Positions 24,457-38,149 of a stretch of DNA of 64,000 nt are shown in pieces (positions within the stretch are counted from its first letter, which is position 1; each line of letters opens with the position of its first letter). The notes beneath the pieces were generated by a model. That model did not search any database and was not told the origin of the DNA. It saw only the letters and a list, made by a program, of their open reading frames with translations. The DNA is from Chlorokybus atmophyticus (taxonomy: Eukaryota > Plantae > Mesostigma and Chlorokybus algae). The stretch covers positions 260,838-324,837 of the forward strand of contig RHPI01000671.1 of the NCBI GenBank assembly GCA_009103225.1, given 5' to 3'. Position numbers and translations under genes: made by a program.

Positions 24457-25760
24457 AGACCAAGCAGCTGTGTCGAACATGGGTAGGTACTTGGTAAGTA
24501 AGAGTCTTTGCTTATACAGTGTATGAGTTACATAGTATGCACATGGGCACACCAATTGGGCATGTGACATCATCGTGGCATTGTATTGTGCTTGGTGAAG
24601 TGGCACGCTCTAATGTGGCTGATCGCCAATCACATGAGAATTGAGTACATTGTCAGGCTGCGGTGGCTTTATACCTGCGTGATCTGTAGCAGCAGTTGAC
24701 GCGCAAGCACTAATTGTAGCGCAAGTGTAGTGCTGCCCATGCCTTTGTATGAAGTTGAAGAATATGTTCGTGATGGTGTGGGCGTGTATGCTGTGAATGA
24801 GGCGTTGCATTCACACCACCGTTCAGGATTAACTGCCTCTCACTGAACTTGGCCTCACTGCTGGAGTTTGCAGATTGTGTGCAGCTTGCCTGGGGTCAAT
24901 GATTTTTGCGGTTGATCCTGTGCGGTGTTTGGGGAGAAAAAATGCACAGGTGCTACACTCTTGGGATGAAGCTGCGACAAAATTGTTGCACCCTTTACGA
25001 AGCACAGCTGTACTGTCAGCAAGCATTCATGCATCAGTATTGTACATACGCGTGCACATGCACACAACAGACGCATTTCATGCGCACTAAGCGCCAGACA
25101 TTTCGCTTGCTTGGTGCCTGGTCGCATGCATAGCTGCACATTGCATTGTGTATGGTATCATAGTACATGCATATGTATACAACAGATAGTATGCAGGGAT
25201 TGTGGCATGCTTATGTATAACACTGTTTGGCCAGGCTTGGATGGATGAACTAATGGTAGGCTGTTGCACTTTGCAACTAGTACACACAATGCGCCACGTT
25301 ATTGCTCATGCATGATGTCATGCACTGCATGTAAGTCTAGCCGCAGCACGCTGCAGGCAATCCTCACATACACTCAACCACCGGGCTATACTACTACATG
25401 TAAGCTACCACCTATGCTGCGCGCTGTGACACTGCAGGTTGCCAGACCTAGTGGATGGTTGCAAGTACGCGAATCCGTGTGTCACCCAGCGTTGCTGGAA
25501 GCCACCACCTCACACTACACTAAGTGCTCCTATGTGCTGTGCAATGCAATGATGGGTGAAGCAGCAGCGGCAGTCACCAACCTGAGCACACACAGGTCGC
25601 CACGGTTAGCCTGAGAGCATGTACATGGGTGCAAGGCGTTGAACAGCTATGGCTGCACTGTATAGGGTATGTGAAGTGCTGTGTGAGACACACGCAGTGT
25701 GCGTGGGTGCTACCTGCATCTCTCTGTTTTGCTCTCTCCCTCCTTCTCGCTGTCGATCTT

Positions 25761-25836
25761 ACCAAACAGACTGCTACCACAGCTACCACTGCGTCAATGA
25801 CAGCTGATCACTGGCGCAGTGGTAGCAGTGTTTGGT
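25761..25836. other. Imperfect ~76-nt stem-loop (candidate structured RNA or foldback remnant)
   Basis: gctaccactgcgtca pairs with tggcgcagtggtagc (15 bp, one G:U), and an outer stem pairs accaaaca with tgtttggt. Confidence 0.5.
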
Positions 25837-26176
25837 GAGAATTCCCTACCTTGCGATCAGATATACTACAAAAGCAGAGCATCGAATGGAGTACTTGAAC
25901 AACTGCGCATGTCATTGCTTTTTGCTCTAAGCAAAGAGCAATGACATGCTGCTGAGTGCAACATATTGAGTAGTAGCTTAATTGCTCCTTGCAGACTACC
26001 AAGTAATGCGCTTCTGCCTGTATGTCAACACATTCAGCGCATACATGGAGGAAGTTGACACATTTAGTTGCCGAGTGACAAAACCGTATGCAAGGCATAC
26101 ACGATTAACAGCGCAAGAGCAGCGAATTCCCAACAACAAAAACCAAACCGCGAGCTTTCAGAGTTAACAAGAGTTT

Positions 26177-27740
<1,564 letters not shown>

Positions 27741-28769
27741 GGTGGCCTACTCCAGCGGCGGCAAGGAGTGTCAGCTTCCCTAAAAATGTATAGTCCTTTT
27801 CCGCCGACAAACACGCCGCCTCCTCCGCCTGCACCTCCGCCTCCTTCGCCGCCGCCGGGGTTTGCTGCCAGCCCTGTCTCCAACACCCGGCCTGTACGCC
27901 GCCGCCTACAAGTGGTGACTGAGGGGTAACCCGTGAGACATGGATTGATTACTTGCGGCTTGTTTTTGTGCCTCTACTGGGGATTACAGGTACTTTAGGA
28001 TGAAGCCATATTGTGATCAAAGTGTGGTGTCACAGGGAGTAGAGGTCGAGCGCCATTTCCTGCGGCACAGCTCAAGCCGTCAGATGGTGCGAGCGTCGCG
28101 CCGATGGACAGCAGCCTGTCATGGTGAGCGATGGGGGTCTCTCTATGCATTCCCACTTCCGACAGTGGGAATGCATAGAGCGATAAACATGGTTCAAGGG
28201 TATTTGGGCAAGAAAAGACTATTCACGTGTTCAATGCAATTACTGTTGCGGATCACACACCTTTCGGTCCTCAAGTGCACAGTGTATGCGTACGTCGCTT
28301 ATCAAATAACGATTGCACAACCAATAGATGGACAAAAGTGTTGAGAATGTAGTGTAAGACGAGAAATTATAATGCATTCCACACATAATATGCGTAAATG
28401 CTTCACGTTGGGGTGGCGCCATCATTACGGGCAATTGCGCAGCATTACAAGAAAGTCAAGTAAGATGTTTACATTGTTGTCCTAATACAATGCTTTAATC
28501 AATACCCTACATAACGGTCAGTTCGTATGTAACTATGCAACACAACATGCATGCCGTAAATCACATCATCTTGAAACATGTATCTTATTTACGAAACAAA
28601 GCGGGGGCTACTTGTCACGGTGATGACCTTCCGCACGCACCTCTCCCTCGCACCCCTTATGCACTCCCGCCAGCATCAGGATCGGTCAAACCGATTCACA
28701 ATGCGTTAGACAGCGTAACAAGACCCATGCACACCTCTTACAGTGTTAGAATTGAGACGCCGTAGTAGT

Positions 28770-29300
28770 GGCGGCGCCCAACATCGACAGTTTCCGTAAG
28801 CAAACTTCAAGGAATTAATTGGTAGTAAGCTGCAAGTAAGAGGACTGGCGCGCAAGCAACGGCGTTCATCCTAAAACTTTTGAAAGTCACAACTGGTCGC
28901 GGCGAAGCGCGGGCATGCACGCTGCCTTGTGTAAAAGTTGAACTTGCAAGAGCTGTGGCCCGAATCCTTGATGTATACCTTTTTCTTGATGTTGCCTTGC
29001 CATTTGGTCTATCGATGTGCTCTTGCATTTCTGTATATACCTCTTGGCGTGGCCACCATTCCGTTCCCTGCGGACAGCATCACCTCTTGCCTAACACGGT
29101 TGTTTGCATGCCTTGCACAGCCACAACCATGCTTGTTGGCATCCACTAGCTTGATGTTGAGTGAGTGCTTACCTTACGTAAACTCGCGTTACTTAGCAAA
29201 CTTGACCACACACAAAGACAATCGCATGACTGTTGTGCGCTTGTCCACATGCATCCTTAATTATGAAGCTTGTTGACTTGCAACTTACTCCACAGCACTT
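28770..29300. repeat. Direct repeat copy 1 (~500 bp; LTR-, split-repeat- or pseudo-LTR-like)
   Basis: Colinear with 35060-35585 at roughly 75-80% identity by eye, for example gtagtaag.tgcaagtaagaggactggcgc, aaaagttgaacttg.aagagctgtggcccgaat and ttgcatgccttgcacagccacaacca. Confidence 0.9.
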
Positions 29301-29639
29301 AGTCATCACTTAAGGTGTTTGTGTTTGTTTTGCCTTGTTCGTGTTCATTGCGTGCGTGTGCATGCGTCTTAGGAGTCACGTCCTCAGCTGGGGAACCCGG
29401 CAAGCAAGAACATCCAAAGGGTGGAGTCGAGCTGATCTTGCTACCACCAGTTAGCAGACTTCACTCCAATTGCCTTCTTTGCCAGACGAGGATGTGGGTG
29501 CAGTATCGGCGCCATAGCCTCTAGGCTATGGCAGCAAAGTTGCTGCCATAAGGGGAGCCTCATATACATATGTCCCATATTATATATGTTACACTGGGTG
29601 ACTACCACCCACCCACCACTGCAAGCGGCCTACCTTCTT

Positions 29640-32600
29640 CTCACAGCAACCTCAGCTTCAATGAAAAAGGCATTGCTGCCACCAGCGGCAATTAAGGTCG
29701 CAATGGAAGCAGTGGCATCAGAAGGAAGCTTGTCTTCACCGGCACCGCTGGCTCAATCTTGTTGAAGGACTGGCTTAGCCGTTCCAACTCCATCGTCCTT
29801 ACGATAAAGATACAATCAAGGGACAGCTGGGATGACAAGCAGAAGTTTACCCTTGCTGCTGATTATCTTGATGACGTCGCTATAGCCGTGTGGCACGAGG
29901 TAGCAGCAGCTGCGCACGACCTTCTCGAGGACGAGGTACTCCTTCGTTCTGGATCTGCTATGGTCCCTACAATATCAGCAGAGAGGTTGGGTGCCCCAAG
30001 CGCGCCACTTCGAGTCGCCTTGCGCATTGCAGAGGAATCCCCATCTGCCCGCACAGAGGTGATCGACATCAGCAGCAGTGTGTCGGGCACCACCGCCACC
30101 ACCACATCTTTTGTGCCGCCGGACATGCGGGAAGCCGAGACCGGTGAGGCATACAGCCGGCGATCCAATGAAGCCGTCACAGCCTACGCCCTCACCTTGG
30201 CCGCAGCCCCTCTTGCGGCAATTCCTCCCTCGGCTCGTTGGTTGCTAGCTGAGGAGTGCCCCGACCTCTAGCTTCATCAATTTAACAATGAGCAGACTTG
30301 GTTTCATAATTGAACCAACGCTTCCCGGCCTACACGGCTGAGCAGGCGCAGGAGCTCATCATGCTCAGAAGCTCAAGGGGGAACACATGTGCAATTCTAC
30401 GAGCGCGTTGTTGACCTGGTTGTGGACACCACTCTTAATAGATCCACCTGGTCAACCCATACCACCTCGCTCGAGATTACGTGGAGAACCTTTACCCATT
30501 GCTTCTTAAATACGTAAAGGCTTAGTTCAACGTGTTTCCAATTACACCATGTGGCGGGCATACACCATCGCGGTGTATGCCCGCAGAGATACCTTGTGCA
30601 GGAACATGCAGCTTTGGAAATCAGCGGCCTGGCACATCGCAGCAGTGGCCGTGCTTCAGCCTCGACCTCTGCACAGCCCAAGCACACACGCGCTGCTCAC
30701 GCGGTCGTGCGAGTGGAGGACAGTTCCCTCCAAACCTGCCACAGGTGCGGCACGGAGGGGCACTTCATATACATATATACACATATATATATGTATATGA
30801 GCATGCCCGATGCCACGCACTGATGCCCTTTTCAACCACTGCGTGCATGGAGGGGCATCTCGATATTGTGTGCTACACGCTGCATCCGGAGCTGAGGGAA
30901 GCTTTGAAGACACAAACCTCTCCAGGTGGTGCCGACAATAAACACAAATGAAAACAAATTAAAACAACAACAACAGTGACAAGTGGAAAGGCAAAGGCAA
31001 AGCTGGCCTTGCCAACAGCAGCAAAGCCGGGGGAAAGCATCAAGCCAAGGTTGCCTCCGTCATACGAGGCACTACTAGCCTTTAAGGCGAGCACGCGGAG
31101 CTGCTCGCAAAAATTGAGGATTTGCGCAGTCGAAGGGATGAGTCGGAAGAATTCCTCAACTGCGACCAGTACGCCACTTGCACTGCCACCACTTCACGCG
31201 AATTTTGGCTGCAAAACGCCTTTCCCCTCCTCGCTCCCCTCCTTGCTCACCACCTCACCCACCTCCAAGCCGGTCTCCTTCTCCACCTTCGCACCGGCCA
31301 CGCGTTAATCCACCAACAGCTGGAGCCGCACCAGTACCCACACCGGAACAAGTGCATGAGCAACGACAAAACTGTTTAGCGTGAAGCCATGCTCGCTATC
31401 CGTTCGCTACCGGCCCCTGCAGCCGCACCTCCAGACTTACAGGAGCTTTGTCAAGCCGCATGGCGCGACGCCATGCAAGCCATTCGGCATCAACCACGCA
31501 GGTTGCCTCCTGTGCCTCCCTTCAGCACGGACTTTCTGGACATCGTGGAAGGGCACCTACAACAGTGGGGCCAGTTGCAGACGCAATGGCGTAACTCGGT
31601 CAGGAGCTGCAACCCACATTGAGACTTGCCGGATGATAATGAGCAACTGTACAATTGGAGCCATGAGTTGCCAAAAAGTTGGGTTTTACTTACTGCCCTG
31701 CACCCCTTGCCCATGGTAATGAGGTGGCCATTGCCACCTAGATGAACAGAGTGTGAAAAATTTGCAGACGGTAATCAACAACCGGTATTACCGCACCAGG
31801 TTCAAGGACCCTTATAGATCTTGAAGACGACTTGGCTCGGGCACTGGAACACCTACCATCTTTCACTGTAGCCAATGCTTACGTCTGGGTGCTCAACCTC
31901 GCTGGTCACGCCTACTTCATTTCTCAAGACGCACAGCACAATTCTTGAGCATCAACTAAGTGCATATGGTCGTCTGCAGCTGATATTGGCGAACCACCTG
32001 GCTAGCATAGGCAATACAGCTCCATTGCAGCCCCTTCACCCGCCGCAGATGGCAGACCTCCTACTCACATCAGATGAGTCAGCCATGTATCAGCAAAGGA
32101 GTAACAAGATCGGTAAAGTTGAAGCTCTTCGTCATGTGCGTGAGGAAGATCAACACCAGGCAAACGCTGCTATGTGGGCGGGGGTGACCCCACCGGACGC
32201 TAAGGCATTAAACCGTGGGTTTGAAAAGCAATTGCACTATTGTATTTGCGACACTCTGTGACCCTTGGTTTGGCCAACCCTTAATAATGTTGAGCGCATG
32301 GCGCAGCAGGTGTTAGCCACGTTGCAAGCCGACCCAATCCTGAGCGTGTACAGGGATCACATCCTGCCAGAGGAAGAGATGCGCAGTTTTGAGCACGCCA
32401 CCACGGTACGCGTGTGCGAGCTGTCGAACGCAGTGCACCTCGTCACAGCTGGCCAAGCACTATCCGTGCAACAGATACATGTAAGTGTACACTTGAATAG
32501 CCCCTTGGACTTGAGCGATCGGGTCATCTATTAGGTGCTTGACGGCTTGTGGATGCGCTCAGATCGTGATTACGAGCTACTCAATGAGCTGTCGGCATTG

Positions 32601-34760
32601 ACGGAGCATTGGCTCATTGTATTGGGCACGCGGCCTCACAAGTACCATCCTTGCTCCCCCAACCCTCCGCAACTGGTGGTTGATTTCAAAGCGCCCGCTT
32701 TGCTGCACCACACCATAGCGTAGTTTGAGGAACATGCACGTGTTAGCATTCGCCATGGACTACATCAGCCGGCATCCAATGCCTTCACCTCCACCACCGC
32801 CAACTCCATTGGTCGACACCAGCAGGGGCCAATATCTTGCAACAACTACTCCTGATCGGCGATGCACCCGCCACCTTGTAACAGTTGCAAATGTATACGA
32901 GAAAGTCCGCGCAACATCAAGCTGCGCAAGATAACATTGGCGTTGACTTCCGCGGGCGCAATGCGCGAGTGCGCACGCTTGTGCACGTCACTACAGCTAC
33001 ATTGCCTCAGCCAGCTTCAAGCCGGTGCAAATGAGAGATTTGAAGGAGAAACAAAGTATCTGGCTCCAGCGGACCCCAATATTGCATCCTTCTTAAGGTC
33101 GCCACGCCGACCGTACGAGCAGCAGGTGCACCAAGACATGCCGCTGTCTATTGCCAGAGCTGCACAGACACGCCACACCACTGTGGGCTTCCTGCCACGT
33201 CGCCTTGCTTTTGGGGAATCGTGTACCCTTGAAGAAGAGGATTTGCACTCAGCCTTGGTGCTTGCCACCAATGCCGCGCTGAGCCAGCGAGTCACAAGAA
33301 TATAACACTTTATAGTTGGCGTCGCAGTTGCAAACCCTGTATCATGATGTGCGTAACTGGTTGCAGCTGCAAGAACCTCCTAACTCCAAAGGGTGTTGAG
33401 ATGCAAACTTCCTAGGCGTAGACACATAACACAACAACCTCAAACCGCCTGTGCAAGCAGAAAGGACCAGTTCAAACCACGCCCAGGCCAAGGCTTCCGC
33501 CGCCACCAGACTCAAGCACAAGCAAAGTGAACCATGTTTGACGTGTGTGGGCGTCCCCTTGTACTTAATAATGGTAAACGTTATAAGGACTTGTTATACA
33601 AGCTCAAAGTAGTATACAAGGCGGGTCTGATTAGCATAAGACTCAAAAACAACCATAAACGGTATAAACTGTTAGGACTAACAGTTCCCAACGACAGCTG
33701 GAGTCCAAGGACCAAGGACGAAAGTCATGAGTACTTAGCTAGACTAAGCTGCCTGAAGTTTAAACCAGGTCATAAGTTCTAATCGAGGGAGCTCTACATG
33801 CTTCCGACATGCCAATTGCTACAAGGTGCAGACGCACAAAATTCGGCTCTTGAAGAGCTGCTGGTTTACTGCAACGCTAATGGCTGCACGACACACTCCA
33901 TGCCCGAGTTGAGGGGAGTATGCCATACCCGGTATGGGGCTGCTTAACACGGGGCCCGCCAGGCAAAAGAATTTCCGCCTGATCCACTGCCTCGCCCGTA
34001 CAGAACACTCTGCCAGCGGCATTGCTGCATGACACTCCTCCTTCTCCTAGCCAACCAGGTGGCTCAGAGGGTGCTTACACCGAGGGCATGACACATCTTT
34101 GCAAATCACACGTCGCGAGGGACTATGGAATACCCTTCGAGTTCTTGGACGTGGCATGCCTGCCTCTCAGCTGCAGCTCCTCAATGTATGGCTCATCACA
34201 TCAGAGCCAGACAACACCCTTTATCCCGACCTCTTCATCAGACCGGCGGCGTGGTTGGACTTTGTCACAATTAAACTCCCTCATCTCATCAGCAGGGCAG
34301 TCGATTATTGGATTCAGTTCCCTTAAGCTCCTTTGATGTCAAATTTAACACGGTCGTTATCAAGTACACAGTAGCTCGGCTACAACGACGGCCTTCCACA
34401 CTAGCAGGATGAGCGTGACGCAGAGTATTTAACCGCGCTGCTGGCGATTACGAGAATGATTCAAAGACGCGCGAGCTACACCAACAATTAGCGCATCAAG
34501 TGCGGGAAGGCACTGAAATCCTGCTAGTCACCTTATAAATGGCGACCGTCAAGGCCAGCATTGGGAGCAAGCCATCATTGCTAAAGCTCTCCGCTTAGCT
34601 TTGGCCGCCGCCGCTGCGTACGCATCTCATAGTGGCCCACCTGCTGCCCCACTTGGCGACTCGCCAGCAAGTTGAATTTGCCTGCCCCATTCTTTGCTCC
34701 ATCCACGCCGGTACATTGGTCACCCTCACCGGGTGACAAACCCAAACCCGCTGCCGATCC
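29640..34760 (+). mobile_element. Decayed, intronless retroelement-like interior (gag-like region with CCHC knuckle followed by long unrecognised frames)
   Basis: Long plus-strand frames are broken by isolated stops or frameshifts (29759-30271, 31122-31622, 31875-32723, 32862-33305, 33534-33782, 34099-34326). CHRCGTEGHF lies at 30737. No introns were seen, and the region is bounded by the direct repeats. No RT, RNase H, integrase or YR motif was recognised. Confidence 0.55.
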
Positions 34761-35059
34761 ACCCACGCCTGCAAATCAATCCCCCTCAATGGGTGGCTCT
34801 TCGTCGGGTGGATCACCTCTCACTGTCATTATCTCTCTCGGAAGAGCAACCAGCATCACTCGGCACAGATTACGACCCAGATCCGCACAGGTTGTATACA
34901 ATAAAGCTCTGCCCAAGAACCGTACTCTTGTCGGAGCTCCAGCTTCACCCCGTTGGAATTTTTCCGGCCCACGCCATACGTTGGATCGGCTTGAGGTCCG
35001 TCCCAACATATGCAGGGTTAACAGCTGGCGGGGCCATGTCCAATTTGCGTACCACAACT

Positions 35060-35585
35060 GGCTTCCGCGCCACATCTGCGACAGCTTCCTTAAGCAAACC
35101 CCAAGGAAACGGTTAGTAGTAAGTTGCAAGTAAGAGGACTGGCGCAGAAGCGGCGGCATTCCTTCCAAAACTTTCAAAAGTCACCATCAGTTAAGGTAAA
35201 CCGCGTGCATGCACGCTGTCTTGTGCAAAAGTTGAACTTGTAAGAGCTGTGGCCCGAATTCCGTTGCAAAAAACCTTTTCCTGCTGTTGCCTTGCCCTTG
35301 GGTACTTTGGCTACTCTTGCATTTTCGTGTTAACCTCTTGGCGTGGCCACCGCCCCGTTGCCTGCAAACCGCATCACCTCCCGCCTAACACGGTACTTTG
35401 CATGCCTTGCACAGCCACAACCACTGTTGCTGTTGGCATCCACTAGCTTCCTGTTGAGTGAGTGCTTGCATTACGTAAACTCGCATTCCTTAGGAACCTT
35501 GAACCACACACAAACACACTTGCATGACTGCTGTGCACTTGTTCATGCATCCTTAGTTAAGGAGCTTGTTGAGTGACCACAGCCT
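35060..35585. repeat. Direct repeat copy 2
   Basis: See 28770-29300. Confidence 0.9.
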
Positions 35586-37049
35586 CATACCAAGCTTAGG
35601 GGAAAACTAGTACCAAGCTTAGGGGACTACTGTAGTACACAGTTTGTTTTTCCCGTACCACTCTCTCTCTGCACCTACCATCTTATTACCAGAAGTACCG
35701 CAGCCCTCAGGCTCTTTTCCTTACCACATCTCAAGTCGTACCGCAGCACTACTTGCTCTTCACACTTATACACCACACTACATGTGGTCCCTCTGACATA
35801 CATATTCCGCAGTTGAAGCTTACTTGCACATACTTACCATTAACATCCCTAATGTTAATCATCCACTACATTAGTTTTGTGAGCTCTAGTTCATGTGCAA
35901 GTTGCTAGTGTCAAATCAACTAGCCTTTATGATGTACTTAATTCTGTAGAAACATTTTTGTTATGTACATGTTCGTGATGGCGCATTTCGAACCGGCAAC
36001 TTACATAACCGCAAGCACCTTAAGTCTTTTTTTGTTCAATACATAGATGACATGCTCCTTATGCGCATGCATCATTTCAAGCATTTCATACATACAAATT
36101 TACATAGGCGCTCGCAATTGGCAATTATCCACGGCGTTTCAACCATCCATTTTAATTAGGATACAAAGAGATTGAAGTAACACATATGCGTACACTATAC
36201 ACGCCGTACACTGCACGGCACATGCACTTGCTCACGTGCGCAATTATGTATGAGTGACTTTAATAGCGTACTCTAATAGTATGGACTTATACGTGCAATA
36301 TCGTTTTGTACACACATGGCGTGCTACAATACCCGGCTACATGTAAGCATCAGCATTTGTCTCATTTGTTCACTTGTCACAAATCATTTTAGCAGCATGA
36401 AGGACTTTTATACGATCTATTGGCAACATTACACGCAACAAGATCTCGCCACTTGTTATTTCCTCAACAAGTGCCGTGCTTTGCGCGCGTATCATGAAGT
36501 GTTGTAATGTATGAATATCACATAAATTAAACAACATCTCATTACGCTATTCGTATAATCGTAGTATGTAATTGTGCAATATGTCACAAGTCGTGATAAA
36601 CGCAAAAAGTAAAACGCAAGTTGCCGTAATTGAATATAATGCCAATTTGTACCTTGTCATGAAGCCTTAGCAAATGAAGGCATATAACTCCTGTTGCCCT
36701 TACGTCTGCTGCTATTGTGGGTTGACATCAACTTACAATGGTTAACGGTAGCACTGGCTGAGGTGGTAAAGACAACAACCGTTGTAATAACAACAATGAC
36801 ATCGATCTTATGATAAAAAGTCTAATGACAACTAACGCACTTGCTAAAAGTGTATACGGAAGGTAACCCCGTACGGCGCGCATGCAGTATTCGTGTCATG
36901 TGAACATTCTGCAATTGCACTAAACTTGCACATGTCATTCACAATATAATGCATCTAGCCGAAGACAGTACATTGATAAGATAAGTAACGATTGAGTCGG
37001 GAGCGATTACGACGAGTTAACCAGCCACAATATCAATCCGTCATTGATT

Positions 37050-37545
37050 CAGGGTAGCGTAAAACCGCTCCGTGTTGAGCCGCATCTGTTGCAGTGGTAG
37101 CTACCAATACTCATCACATCTGAATGCCGCGGCAACACATGTACTTATCGTCAACACGGCATGCAAATCCGCCTTGTTGATCAGCACGACATTAGCCACA
37201 ACTGTGCTGTAGTTGCCCAAATGATCTTTCTCAATATGCGGACATACTAATAGTACACTCAAGACGGTTCCATGTGCAACTGCTTGATTCGTGGCAATAT
37301 GCATCCAAGGTTGCCTAGCGGCTACCGAAAGTACTCGATTGTGCACAACCGTAGCTTACGAGCCAGGCGTGCAAGACTTTGCATTCCACTTGTAATGGCA
37401 CGTTGTTCTTCAATTTCCAGCTCGACACCATTCAGTGTTTGTAGATTATTGCGCCCGCAATAAAGTACATGGCTGCGCACGGCAAAGCAAGCTCCTGCAC
37501 CACCAATATGTTTGTTGAGCATATCAGCAAAAGCCACAAACACGT
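37050..37545 (-). pseudogene. Decayed coding remnant, possibly a DNA-transposon (En/Spm-like) transposase C-terminus
   Basis: Stop-interrupted frames read LQTLNGVELEIEEQRAITSGMQ..RKLRLCTIEYFR* and ..VANVVLINKADLHAVL..AFRCDEYW*. The resemblance to CACTA C-terminal motifs is weak. Confidence 0.25.
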
Positions 37546-37656
37546 AACGTAAAAGGTTTACATAGTTTGCATTATATGTTCATTTTGCAGGGTTTATTTA
37601 CTTGCAATAGAAGTGCTTAAACTAATTACCAGTTGATGCGATAGGCATAAATGCAT

Positions 37657-38110
37657 TACATTGTCATGCACTTACTTGTGACCTCACATGCACATGTCCA
37701 AATGAATTATAAAATCGAGTCTGCATACACCGATTGTATTTACAGTAGGGTATTTACGTCAGTTTGCCTTTAATGCAACAGCCGTAATTGCATATAAATG
37801 CCGTTCACTACTAGTAGTACTTTTGCATATAATATGTATTTTGCAACAATTTTGGGCTTGCATGCAAGCCCATTATTGCAACAATTGCAATTAAGGCTGT
37901 AGGCAATACATTGTCATGCACTTGTGAGCTCACATGCACATGTCCAAATGAGTCATAAAAATGAGTCTGCATACACCAATTGAATTCAAAGTAGGGTCTT
38001 TACATGTTTTTGACCTTTATGCAACAGCCTTAATTGCATATAAATGCCGTTCACTACTATAGTATGTATTTTTCAACATTTTTGGGCTTGCATGCAAGCC
38101 CATTATTGCA
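37657..38110. repeat. Tandem ~250-bp unit x~2 with internal palindromes and inverted repeats
   Basis: Units start at 37657 and 37907. Each has the perfect 18-bp palindrome gggcttgcatgcaagccc (37854-37871, 38084-38101). acagcc(g/t)taattgca is inverted against tgcaattaaggctgt. Confidence 0.9.
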
Positions 38111-38149
38111 AAAAGTGCGATTTAAACTTGCCGCTCATTAATGCTCAAT

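Noticed and set aside
24600-25700. Exon-like patches in the hydrolase-NACA intergenic region
   Set aside because: No consistent strand, frame or motif was found, so a gene call cannot be supported.
29640-34760. Possible Fanzor/TnpB, Polinton-like virus or giant-virus insertion
   Set aside because: I saw no RuvC (D..E..D, DRD.NAA.N), packaging ATPase, capsid, pPolB or primase motifs in the frames I read. A profile search could still overturn this.
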